Part shown: positions 27,943-36,749 of the stretch, piece after piece
Layout of the letters: each line of letters begins with the position of its first letter
Position numbering within the stretch: the first letter of the stretch is position 1
DNA from: Chlorobiota bacterium
GTDB taxonomy: Bacteria; Bacteroidota; Bacteroidia; Bacteroidales; Prolixibacteraceae
NCBI GenBank assembly: GCA_013152355.1
Contig: JAADGO010000079.1
Coordinates: 1 to 59,035, forward strand
Direction of reading: 5' to 3'
DNA length: 59,035 bases
Notes under the pieces: model-generated
What the model was told of the DNA's origin: nothing
Databases searched by the model: none
Seen by the model: the letters and a program-made list of their open reading frames with translations, nothing else
Position numbers and translations under genes: made by a program

Positions 27943-27975
27943 TTCTAAATTTAATTAGAAAAATTCTAATTAGAA
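27943..27975. promoter_or_regulatory. Cluster of overlapping palindromes built from the TTCTAA/TTAGAA half-site
   Basis: AATTAGAA-AAA-TTCTAATT (27953-27971) has perfect 8-bp arms. It overlaps the perfect 12-bp palindrome TTCTAATTAGAA (27964-27975). A further TTCTAAAT half-site lies at 27943. Confidence 0.5.
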
Positions 27976-28254
27976 ACAGAGGCTTTATTGAAGGTACAGG
28001 GAACTAAATTTATCCTTTAGAATGTTTATCTAAATCGATTTTTTTGATTGCTCACATCTAAAAACTATGTGAGTGACCGTAGGACTTACTTTATCCAAAT
28101 TAAAATCAACAAACAAAACAAGGCGTGCCAAACGCTTCATTAATAAGAGTTTATGCTCTTTAGGAATGTCAAGGCCCTTATGCTACTAATGCATGCTCTT
28201 TTTACATCGGAAACAACAACTTCTATGTAAATAAAAAACAATCACAAAAAAACA

Positions 28255-28274
28255 AATTAGAATTTTTTCTAATT
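28255..28274. promoter_or_regulatory. Second copy of the AATTAGAA/TTCTAATT palindrome
   Basis: AATTAGAA-TTTT-TTCTAATT has the same 8-bp arms as 27953-27971 with a 4-nt spacer. It lies about 300 bp from the first copy and about 195 bp upstream of the first gene of the polysaccharide locus. Confidence 0.5.
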
Positions 28275-28467
28275 TAAAACATTTACAGTAAAAGGATTTT
28301 CGAATTATTAAATCAGGGTAATCCTTATGTCTTTACAAGTTATAGTCAACTAAATTTGTAACGTAATCTGAAGGCAGTTTATAATACCTTCTATTTGTTC
28401 ATTGACAGTTTTAGCCTGAATCGAAAAATCCAATGATAATAACCAATAATTAAATAATCTAAATGTT

Positions 28468-28746
28468 ATGATTAGTAAAAGGTTTAGCGAACCCCAGATT
28501 TACAGGATACTTAAAGAAAACGATGAAGGCGCTTCTGTTTCTGAACTTATTAAGAAATACAAAATAAGTCAGGCAACTTTTTATAACTGGAAGAAGAAAT
28601 ACAAAGGTTTAATGATTTCAGAAATCAGCCGGTTAAATAAGCTTGAAGAGGAGAATGATAAGTTAAAACGCATGTTTGCGGAACTGAGCCTGGAAAATTT
28701 GTCGTTAAAAAGGATTCTGGAGAAATTTGAAATGAACAGGTATTAA
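28468..28746 (+). CDS. Orphan IS3-family OrfA-like HTH/leucine-zipper protein (no OrfB)
   Basis: 92-aa ORF. FSEPQIYRILKENDEGASVSELIKKYKISQATFYNWKKKY (HTH) plus LEEENDKLKRMFAELSLENLSLKRIL (zipper) is the classic IS3/IS911 OrfA architecture. No integrase-fold OrfB, frameshift heptamer or terminal inverted repeats follow. Confidence 0.75.
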   Translation: MISKRFSEPQIYRILKENDEGASVSELIKKYKISQATFYNWKKKYKGLMISEISRLNKLEEENDKLKRMFAELSLENLSLKRILEKFEMNRY

Positions 28747-28813
28747 ATTACAAATGGAAGGGGATCTTTTCGTTATAAAGGGATTAAAAACTGCCTAAAA
28801 AATATGATAGGAT

Positions 28814-29386
28814 ATGTTTAATGAAGACCAAAATAATATAGCCCTGAGAAAGCCGGTATACAACTGGTATGTAATTTACACTAAAGCGAATGCGGAAAAA
28901 AAGCTTTATGCAAATTTACTTGAGAAACAAATTGAATGTTATTTGCCGCTCAGAAAAGTGTTAAAACACTGGAGCGACCGGAAAAAATGGGTTGAAGAGC
29001 CACTATTCCGCGGATACATTTTTGTAAAAGTCAGTTACAAAGAATTTTTCAATGCCCTGAATACCCAAGGTGCTGTAAGCTTTGTAAGTTTTGGCGGACA
29101 GGCACAAGCCATTCCTGAGGTTCAAATTAACAACATCAAAAAATTTGTTGAACAAACCGAACAGGAAGTTACCCTTACCTACAAAAAAATCAGGAAAGGA
29201 ATAAAAGCAGAGGTAATTTATGGTTCGCTAAAAGGTGTGCAGGGCGAAGTGATACAAATTTTCGGGCAGTCAAGGATACTAATAAGGATTGAAACAATGA
29301 AATGTTGCCTTTATGCAAATGTTTCAAACGATGAGATTAAAATACTTCAGGATCCTAAACCGCTGAAGAAAAACAAGTCGATATAA
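28814..29386 (+). CDS. upxY: UpxY-family (NusG-like) transcription antiterminator
   Basis: 190-aa ORF with an NGN-like N-terminus (NWYVIYTKANAEKKLYANLLEKQIECYLPL...EEPLFRGYIFVKV) and a KOW-like C-terminus (IKAEVIYGSLKGVQGEVIQI). It is the first biosynthesis-locus gene, as in Bacteroides capsule loci. Confidence 0.85.
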   Translation: MFNEDQNNIALRKPVYNWYVIYTKANAEKKLYANLLEKQIECYLPLRKVLKHWSDRKKWVEEPLFRGYIFVKVSYKEFFNALNTQGAVSFVSFGGQAQAIPEVQINNIKKFVEQTEQEVTLTYKKIRKGIKAEVIYGSLKGVQGEVIQIFGQSRILIRIETMKCCLYANVSNDEIKILQDPKPLKKNKSI

Positions 29387-29428
29387 AATTCCTATTCCCC
29401 TGAGAACTAACAACTGTAACATATTTTA

Positions 29429-30799
29429 ATGAGAACGGTAATTTTAAGGGCCAGGGGGCTTATAACTGACTTTTTCACCCGTGGGCACACGAGAAGCCTT
29501 GAAGCTAAGAAAAATATACTGGCCACGTTTTTAGTAAAGGGGATAAGCATTGCCATTAGCCTTGTTTTAGTGCCTTTGACTATAAACTACGTCAACCCTT
29601 CGCAATATGGAATATGGCTGACGCTTAGCTCTATAGTTGCCTGGTTTAGTTTTTTCGACATTGGTTTTGGGAACGGGCTACGGAACAAATTTGCAGAATC
29701 AAAGGCAAAAGGTAGTTTAAATAAAGCACGGATATACATCAGTACAACCTATGCTGCATTAGTTGTTATTTTTAGCGGAATATGGTTGCTGTTTTTTATA
29801 GCTAATTTTTTCATTAACTGGAGTAAAGTATTAAATGCACCCGGGGAAATGGCCCGGGAATTGTCGACACTGGCACTTATTGTGTTCAGCTTCTTTTGCC
29901 TGCAAATAATTTTAAAGACAATTAACACAATTTTCATAGCCGACCAGAAACCGGCAAAGGCCTCATTACTTGATATGCTGGGCCAGTTGATAGCCTTGGT
30001 TATTATTGCCATTTTAACAATAACGACAAAAGGCTCTTTACTTTTACTCGGTATAACACTGGGGTTTGCCCCAATCCTCGTCCTGATTATTTCGAACATC
30101 TGGTTTTTCCGGGGGAAGTTCAGGCAATTTGCCCCATCGCTGAAATATGTACGCTTTTCGTATGCGAAAGACCTTATGAAGCTTGGCGTAAAATTTTTTA
30201 TCCTGCAAATAGCATATATTATAATCTATGAAGCCAGCAACATTATTATAGCCCAGGTATGTGGCCCCAAAGATGTAACCATATATAATATTGCATTCAA
30301 ATATTTTGGGATTGCAACAATGGCTTTTAGTATCATAATGACACCATTCTGGTCGGCTTTTACCGATGCGTTTGCAGTTAAAGATTACAACTGGATGAAG
30401 CGTACATACAAACATTTGCAGAAAGTGACATTTTTATTAATGGCCGGGGTATTGGTTATGCTCCTGGCTTCAGGCACAGCATACCATCTCTGGATAGGCG
30501 ATGTTGTTACTGTAAAAACTTCTATTTCGGTTGCGGTGGCATTATATGTAATTGTTAACATCTGGAACTCGCTTCATTCAGCATTGTTAAACGGGATGGG
30601 GAAAATCAGGCTACAGTTATATATCTCTATGCTTGGGACAGCTTTTAATATCCCATTAGCAATAGTGCTGGGCCGTAAATTTGGGGTTGAAGGGGTAGTT
30701 ATGGCGGCAGTACTGCTAAACTTAATCAGCATGGTTTATTCCCCTATCCAGGTTATACGGTTATTAAATAATAAAGCAAAAGGTATTTGGAATGCATAA
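29429..30799 (+). CDS. wzx: Polysaccharide flippase (Wzx, MOP superfamily)
   Basis: 456-aa ORF with about 12-14 TM segments and the usual position in the locus. Confidence 0.75.
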   Translation: MRTVILRARGLITDFFTRGHTRSLEAKKNILATFLVKGISIAISLVLVPLTINYVNPSQYGIWLTLSSIVAWFSFFDIGFGNGLRNKFAESKAKGSLNKARIYISTTYAALVVIFSGIWLLFFIANFFINWSKVLNAPGEMARELSTLALIVFSFFCLQIILKTINTIFIADQKPAKASLLDMLGQLIALVIIAILTITTKGSLLLLGITLGFAPILVLIISNIWFFRGKFRQFAPSLKYVRFSYAKDLMKLGVKFFILQIAYIIIYEASNIIIAQVCGPKDVTIYNIAFKYFGIATMAFSIIMTPFWSAFTDAFAVKDYNWMKRTYKHLQKVTFLLMAGVLVMLLASGTAYHLWIGDVVTVKTSISVAVALYVIVNIWNSLHSALLNGMGKIRLQLYISMLGTAFNIPLAIVLGRKFGVEGVVMAAVLLNLISMVYSPIQVIRLLNNKAKGIWNA

Positions 30800-32075
30800 A
30801 CAGTTGAAAATAGCGGTATTAACAGCACCAAGCCCTTTTTATGCAGCAGGCATTTTGGCGTATGACCTAAAAAACCTGTTGCAGAAAGCAGGGCATGACT
30901 GTATAATAATGACTAATACCTATTTCGAAAATAATGAAAAAGACATAATCGTCCTCCCTTCAAAATTTGGCAATTTTATAAAACGTATTGACGAAGCGGT
31001 AAAAAGAAGGATAAATAAAGAGGGTTCAACAGACGATAATTACTATATGTTTGGGCTTAAACAAAGGGCGTATAAACCAATGCACAATCGTATTATTTCC
31101 AGGTTGCCCTTTAAGCCGGATTATTTTATTTACCTATTCCCTCAATACTTTTTAAATGCAAAAGACCTGTACTTACTGAATAAAAAAACAGGGGTGCCAA
31201 TACTATGGTTTATGATGGATATGGCACCAATGACCGGAGGCTGCCATTATGCCTGGGATTGTGAAGGATATACAAAGTCGTGCGGCTGTTGCCCGGGGAT
31301 ATACTCTAAAAACCCTAAAGACAAAACTCATATTAATATTAATTTTAAGAAAAAGTATATCGAAAAGACTGACATCACCCCCATTGCTGCTTCAAAGTGG
31401 CAATACGAACAATTGAAAAAAAGCAACATATTTAAGAATAAGAAAAAATATAAGGTATTTGAACCAATTAATGAGGCCCATTATAAGCCGGCCAATAAAA
31501 GTACTGTCAGGAAAGAACTGAATTTACCCTTAGAGAAAAAGATACTGTTTTTTGGGGCAACATCTGTAAATGATAAAAGGAAAGGGTATAGTCTATTACT
31601 GAAAGCCCTTTCGTTGCTCGACAAAAAACTTAACCGGGAAGAAAAGCAGGGCATCCACCTTGCCATTGCCGGAGTAGCCGACAATGATTTTGATTTCGAC
31701 CTTCCGTTTACATACACCCACATGGGGTATTTTGCACATGAAGAGCTGCCCAAGGCTTATCAGGCTGCCGATATTTTCGTATGCCCTTCCATTCAGGACT
31801 CAGGGCCATTAATGGTCAACCATTCTATTATGTGCGGAACTCCGGTTGTTGCTTTCGAGATGGGGGTTGCAACCGATATTGTGCGCAGTGGCAGTACAGG
31901 TTACAGGGCTAAACTAAATGACACCAAAGATTTGTGTAACGGAATAGAAAGTATATTAAAACTAGACGGGGATGCATACCTGCAAATGTCGAAGGCATGT
32001 ATTGAGGCCGGGAAAAAATATATAAGTAATGAATCAATACTTAACCAGCTAAACGAAGTGTTTCATGGCGTTTAA
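30792..32075 (+). CDS. Glycosyltransferase (GT-B, GT4-like) with a Cys-rich insert
   Basis: C-terminal GT1-family signature (ADIFVCPSIQDSGPLMVNHSIMCGTPVVAF) and the insert GGCHYAWDCEGYTKSCGCCPG. It overlaps wzx by 8 nt. Confidence 0.7.
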   Translation: MHKQLKIAVLTAPSPFYAAGILAYDLKNLLQKAGHDCIIMTNTYFENNEKDIIVLPSKFGNFIKRIDEAVKRRINKEGSTDDNYYMFGLKQRAYKPMHNRIISRLPFKPDYFIYLFPQYFLNAKDLYLLNKKTGVPILWFMMDMAPMTGGCHYAWDCEGYTKSCGCCPGIYSKNPKDKTHININFKKKYIEKTDITPIAASKWQYEQLKKSNIFKNKKKYKVFEPINEAHYKPANKSTVRKELNLPLEKKILFFGATSVNDKRKGYSLLLKALSLLDKKLNREEKQGIHLAIAGVADNDFDFDLPFTYTHMGYFAHEELPKAYQAADIFVCPSIQDSGPLMVNHSIMCGTPVVAFEMGVATDIVRSGSTGYRAKLNDTKDLCNGIESILKLDGDAYLQMSKACIEAGKKYISNESILNQLNEVFHGV

Positions 32076-32775
32076 CATCAAAACACTGGAATTCGACACA
32101 CATCTGTTTGGTTACAAGGTAGGAAGGATTGAATTACACAATTTTGTAAAAAAAGATTTGGAATTACTGAAAGGGCAAGTGGAGAATGAAGCATTCCGGT
32201 TGGTTTATATCTTCGCCAGCGATGAAAGGAGTAAAAATACGTTAAATGCAGCAGGGATTACTTTTGTTGGCGAAACCCGGATTTATGTAAATGAAAGCTT
32301 GAAGGCATATCATATAAATAACAACAGCATAGTGCTTTATGAAAAGGGCTTTGTATCACCCTCATTGTTAGAACTGGCATACGCCAGCGGAGCTTTTTCA
32401 AGATTTTTCAATGACCCGCATTTTACAAACAATGAGAATTTTAAAATTTTTAAAACATGGATTGAAAAATCAGTCCGGAAAGAAATTGCATCTCACATAG
32501 TGGTTTACAAAGCAGGTAGCAGGGAAGTCGGGCTTGTTACATGTAATCTAATCAATGATTGTTGCAAAATAGGGCTTATGTCAGTCCACGAAAACTTCAG
32601 GAACAAAAATATTGCACGGGAACTTATGCAGTCCCTGGCAGGCCTGATGGCCAGACAGGGAGCTAAAACGATTACAGTAACCACGCAATCGGAGAATACA
32701 GCAGCTTGCAGGCTTTATGAATCACTGGGGTTTCATACCCGGGCAACAGAATCAATTTTTCATTTATGGATTTAA
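32065..32775 (+). CDS. wecD: GNAT acetyltransferase, WecD-like (dTDP-4-amino-4,6-dideoxygalactose N-acetyltransferase)
   Basis: 236-aa ORF. The N-terminus LEFDTHLFGYKVGRI and C-terminus IGLMSVHENFRNKNIARELMQ...VTTQSENTAACRLYESLGF match WecD-type architecture. It is immediately followed by wecE. Confidence 0.65.
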   Translation: MAFNIKTLEFDTHLFGYKVGRIELHNFVKKDLELLKGQVENEAFRLVYIFASDERSKNTLNAAGITFVGETRIYVNESLKAYHINNNSIVLYEKGFVSPSLLELAYASGAFSRFFNDPHFTNNENFKIFKTWIEKSVRKEIASHIVVYKAGSREVGLVTCNLINDCCKIGLMSVHENFRNKNIARELMQSLAGLMARQGAKTITVTTQSENTAACRLYESLGFHTRATESIFHLWI

Positions 32776-33907
32776 CAAATATAAATATCCCTTTTAACAA
32801 GCCTTACCTTACCGGCAAAGAGATGCACTACATATACCTGGCGGTATATTCCGGGAAGATTTCCGGGAACGGGGTATATACCCATAAATGCCAGGAATTT
32901 TTTGAGCATCGTTATGGGTTTAAAAAAGCACTGCTGACGACCTCATGCACTGATGCATTGGAGATGTGCGCAATTTTAGCCGGTATCGGGCCCGGCGATG
33001 AGGTAATCGTACCGTCATATACATTTGTCTCTACAGCATTAGCTTTTGGCAGGGTGCAAAAATAGTCTTTGCCGATAGCCGTGAAGGCCACCCGGGGATA
33101 GATGAAGATTTGATTGAAGGCTTGGTTACTGCTAAAACAAAAGCAATTGTCCCCGTGCATTATGCGGGTGTGGCGTGCGACATGGACAAGATAATGGCAA
33201 TTGCCGGGGCACACAACCTGTTGGTTATTGAAGACGCTGCCCAGGCGGTAGACTCTTATTATAAAGGGAAACCGCTGGGAAGTATCGGGCACCTGGCTGC
33301 ATTTTCTTTTCACGAAACAAAAAATATCAATGCAGGCGAAGGCGGGTTGCTTGCTATCAATGATGAAAAATTTATCCGCCGTGCTGAAATAATTTGGGAA
33401 AAAGGGACAAACCGCGCAGAATTCTTCCGGGGCGAAGTGGATAAATACGGTTGGAAAGATACCGGCTCTTCATTCTTACCTTCAGAAATAATTGCTGCAT
33501 ACTTATGGGCACAAATTGAAAACCTGGATGAAATTCAGGAAAAAAGGAAAATGATTTGGGAAGGATATTATACAGGGCTGAAAGAATGGGCTGAAGAGAA
33601 ACAAATACGGTTACCCCAAATCCCCGGCTATGCAACAAACAACGGGCACATGTTTTACCTGGTTTGCAACAACCGGGAACAAAGGGATACATTAATTGCA
33701 CATTTTAAGGAGAATGGGGTACTTGCTGTTTTCCATTATCTAAGCCTCCATAAAAGCGAATATTATACAAACCGGTACCGCAGCACTGTACCAGGCCTAA
33801 CACATTGTGAAAAATATACAGATTGCCTCGTCAGGTTGCCTTTCTATTATGAGTTAACCGATGAAAACCTTAAATCTGTTATTTCAATTGCCAAATCTGC
33901 GTTTTAA
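32766..33907 (+). pseudogene. wecE: dTDP-4-amino-4,6-dideoxygalactose transaminase (WecE/DegT family) split by a 1-nt frameshift
   Basis: Two ORFs (32766-33065 and 33110-33907) together cover a full WecE. The first ends ...PSYTFVSTALAFGR-VQK*. The second frame reads G-AKIVFADSREGHPGIDEDLIEGLVTAKTKAIVPVHYAGVACDMD from 33053 onward. One extra G in the GGG run at 33052-33054 would restore ...AFGRGAKIVF... Confidence 0.8.
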
Positions 33908-35196
33908 TGGACTTAGAAAAAGAGCTAAACAGGGTAAATACTATTTTTTTTTATGCCTTATACCCATGGTTCCCGCTATGGGCATTTATATCGGTATATT
34001 TTCTAAAACTCCCTTTTAACAAGGTTTTGGTTTTACCGGCGATATGTTTAAGCATTTTAATATTGGTTTTCAAAGACAATAAAAGGCTTCCGGCTTATCT
34101 GTTTTTCCTTTTCCTGTTTAATATTTACCATATAGTCGAGTCCTTCTATTTTGAGACGATACCGGGCAACACGAACAAAATATTCTATATTTTATCGAAT
34201 TATTTATTTTTAGCATCGCTGCTTTTATTTATTGTTGAAAACACGAAATTCGATTATAAATTTATAAAACGGCAAAACAAATATATTTTTATCATCATCA
34301 TATTGTCATTGTGTGTTAGTTTGATACAGACCCAGGTTAAACACTTTTTTTTCAGCCCGGAGATTTTAAACTATAAAGTGTTGATGAATGAAAACCGGAT
34401 ACCTTCTATCTTTAGTTGGTACGACCCGAATACGTTAGGCATTACATTCCCGTTAATCGTGTCAATAGCAATATCCGGGATAAAAAAAGGAGAGAACCTA
34501 AAACTATTTGCAATTATTATGAGCGTGGTCATCGTTGCATTCCTTACTAAAACGAGGTATGTAATGCTGTCTTCGATAATTGTACTAAGCCAGATATTTT
34601 TCTCATCTGAGCTTTCTAAAGGCTTAAAGATAAAATACCTGCTTACAATTTTAATATCCGTATTGATAGCTTTTACCGTTGCAAAGGCTATACATATCGA
34701 CATTCAACAAACTATCGATGAAAGAATACTGGAAAAGGATACAAAAATGGCATCGGCAAATGCAAGGATTGACTCATACTACATATTTCTTTTAAAATTC
34801 CCTGAGTACCCATGGTTTGGGGTTGGGCCGAAAACACGTTATGATGTTATCCGTTTGCTTAAAGGAGTGCCGCTAATCCATGTCGGGTATTTGTCTTACC
34901 TGTACTGGTATGGCATTGTTGGCGCATCGTTGCTCTTTATTTCAATTTTCCTGTTTATCCGTAAATTATACCGTGCGGGGAAGGATTTTGGCTTCTGGGG
35001 AGGTTTTTATGGGCTACTGGCATTTGTAGTAGCCAACACAACAATGGTTTATTTTAATTTAAGTGAAATGGGCATTATAATTTCGGCAATTTACCTTAAA
35101 TTCTATAACGACAAACCAGGGTTGAAATACCTGCATTTGTTAAAAAGGTATAACCTTTTGGAATATACTTCTTTCTCTCAAAAAAAAGGGGATTGA
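33907..35196 (+). CDS. wzy: O-antigen/capsule repeat-unit polymerase (Wzy-like, O-antigen ligase family membrane protein)
   Basis: 429-aa, very AT-rich ORF with about 10 TM segments and one large loop. Its ATG overlaps the wecE stop (TAATG). Confidence 0.6.
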   Translation: MDLEKELNRVNTIFFYALYPWFPLWAFISVYFLKLPFNKVLVLPAICLSILILVFKDNKRLPAYLFFLFLFNIYHIVESFYFETIPGNTNKIFYILSNYLFLASLLLFIVENTKFDYKFIKRQNKYIFIIIILSLCVSLIQTQVKHFFFSPEILNYKVLMNENRIPSIFSWYDPNTLGITFPLIVSIAISGIKKGENLKLFAIIMSVVIVAFLTKTRYVMLSSIIVLSQIFFSSELSKGLKIKYLLTILISVLIAFTVAKAIHIDIQQTIDERILEKDTKMASANARIDSYYIFLLKFPEYPWFGVGPKTRYDVIRLLKGVPLIHVGYLSYLYWYGIVGASLLFISIFLFIRKLYRAGKDFGFWGGFYGLLAFVVANTTMVYFNLSEMGIIISAIYLKFYNDKPGLKYLHLLKRYNLLEYTSFSQKKGD

Positions 35197-35247
35197 GTTA
35201 CTGATGTGAATAAGATTAAAATTATCCAATTAAAACCCTAAAAGATT

Positions 35248-36624
35248 GTGAAGAAATATCCTAAAGTACTTATAATCGGCGAACCATTTGATAAAGTATC
35301 AGGTTATGGAATAACAATATCAAACCTGTTCCATGGCTGGCCGAAAGACAAAATTGCGGTAGCTTCGAAGTCGAACCTGCGGGAAAATGCCGACTCTTCG
35401 GTTTGTGATTCTTATTACCAGTTGGGGTACAATAATAAATTACACCCCTTCCCTTTCAATATATTATTGAATAAGGTTGAATGCGGCCCGGTCAAAATAA
35501 GCGGTAACAAAAACGATATGGAGCCGGCTTCACCCCGGGGGGCTAAAAAGAAATTCAGGAAAATGTATGTAATCATAAATGCCCTTCTAAGTTTCTTTGG
35601 CATCCATCCGTTTTTTTATAAACTGAAGTTAAACCAGGATTTCAAAGACTGGTTAAATAATTATAACCCCGATATTATTTATTCCCATCTGATGACATTG
35701 GAAATGATACGGTTTGTTGACAAAGTCCAGAAATATACTCAGAAGCCCCTGGCCATCCATATCGCTGACGAATGGACAAAATTTATTTATAATTCAAGTT
35801 TATTCTACCCCTACTGGCAAAAGGTAATTGATAAAGAACTACGTAGCCTTTTCGGCAGGTCAACGGTTTTAATGAGCATCTGCCAGGCCATGAGCGATGA
35901 ATATAAAACCAGGTACAAAAAAGATTTCCTGCCATTCCATAACCCAATCATCATTGACAACTGGCTGCCTTATTCAAAAAACAGCTGGGAAATAAAGGAT
36001 ACGTTTAAGATACTGTATGCCGGGAGGTTAGGCTTAGGAAACCGTAAAACGATTTTGGATATAGCTGCCATTATTGAAAAGTTAAATAAAAATAATTACA
36101 ATATAAAATTCAATATTTTTACACGGGACATTGATTCAACGAATTTGGGATTGTTTGGAGAATTTAAAAATACCTGCCTGGAATATAATAAGCCACATTA
36201 TGAAATGTCCCGGGTATTGCCAAAATATGATTTGCTTATTTTACCCCTTGATTTTGATAAAAAGGAATTGCAATACTCTCGTCTTTCAATGCCAACTAAA
36301 ATGTCGGAATACATGATTTCGGGCATCCCTGTTTTGGTTTATGCAGATAAAAGTTCAGCTCTTGCAAAATTTGCATTACAGGAACAATGTGCATATACTG
36401 TAACCGAAAACAACCATTATATGTTGCATGATGCTATTGTGGAGCTATATGAAAATCAGAACCTTAGGGAGAGGTTAGGCAGCCGGGCTAAAGAAATTGC
36501 TATCAACAATAATGATGCGAAGGTTGTCCGTGAAGATTTCCGCAAAGCCCTGGAATCAGGGCATACGGCATACGCTAAAAATAATAAATACAAATCAGGC
36601 AGGGTAATACGGCTGGTCTCCTGA
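35248..36624 (+). CDS. Glycosyltransferase-like protein (GT-B fold, family uncertain)
   Basis: 458-aa ORF with a GTG start. The C-terminal part (FKILYAGRLG...LSMPTKMSEYMISGIPVLVYA) resembles GT1-family nucleotide-sugar-binding domains. Confidence 0.55.
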   Translation: MKKYPKVLIIGEPFDKVSGYGITISNLFHGWPKDKIAVASKSNLRENADSSVCDSYYQLGYNNKLHPFPFNILLNKVECGPVKISGNKNDMEPASPRGAKKKFRKMYVIINALLSFFGIHPFFYKLKLNQDFKDWLNNYNPDIIYSHLMTLEMIRFVDKVQKYTQKPLAIHIADEWTKFIYNSSLFYPYWQKVIDKELRSLFGRSTVLMSICQAMSDEYKTRYKKDFLPFHNPIIIDNWLPYSKNSWEIKDTFKILYAGRLGLGNRKTILDIAAIIEKLNKNNYNIKFNIFTRDIDSTNLGLFGEFKNTCLEYNKPHYEMSRVLPKYDLLILPLDFDKKELQYSRLSMPTKMSEYMISGIPVLVYADKSSALAKFALQEQCAYTVTENNHYMLHDAIVELYENQNLRERLGSRAKEIAINNNDAKVVREDFRKALESGHTAYAKNNKYKSGRVIRLVS

Positions 36625-36720
36625 TTAATCATGAGTATCTGCTCCGTGTTGCCAGGCTAAAACCTGTTAAAACAGTTATATCGGCTATGGCTGCTAACCG
36701 CCTGCACTGATTTTCTAAAT

Positions 36721-36733
36721 TTTAAATAACTTC
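36721..36733 (-). repeat. Near copy (12/13) of the dispersed 13-mer; top strand TTTAAAtAACTTC
   Basis: It lies 17 nt upstream of the fnlA ATG. The extended match TTTTAAAyAACTTCATAAT is shared with 57962-57980. Confidence 0.5.
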
Positions 36734-36749
36734 ATAATAAATATACCCC

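Noticed and set aside
27953-28274. Calling the segment between the two palindromes a confirmed Bacteroides-type invertible promoter
   Set aside because: Each repeat is itself a palindrome, so direct and inverted arrangements cannot be told apart. I found no TAnnTTTG promoter on either strand inside the segment, and no recombinase gene is present in the window. I keep it only as a hypothesis in the findings.
28468-28746. Annotating a mobile element (IS3-family insertion sequence)
   Set aside because: Only an OrfA-like gene is present. There is no OrfB/DDE transposase, no frameshift site and no terminal inverted repeats, and upxY follows 67 nt downstream. It is not a functional IS.
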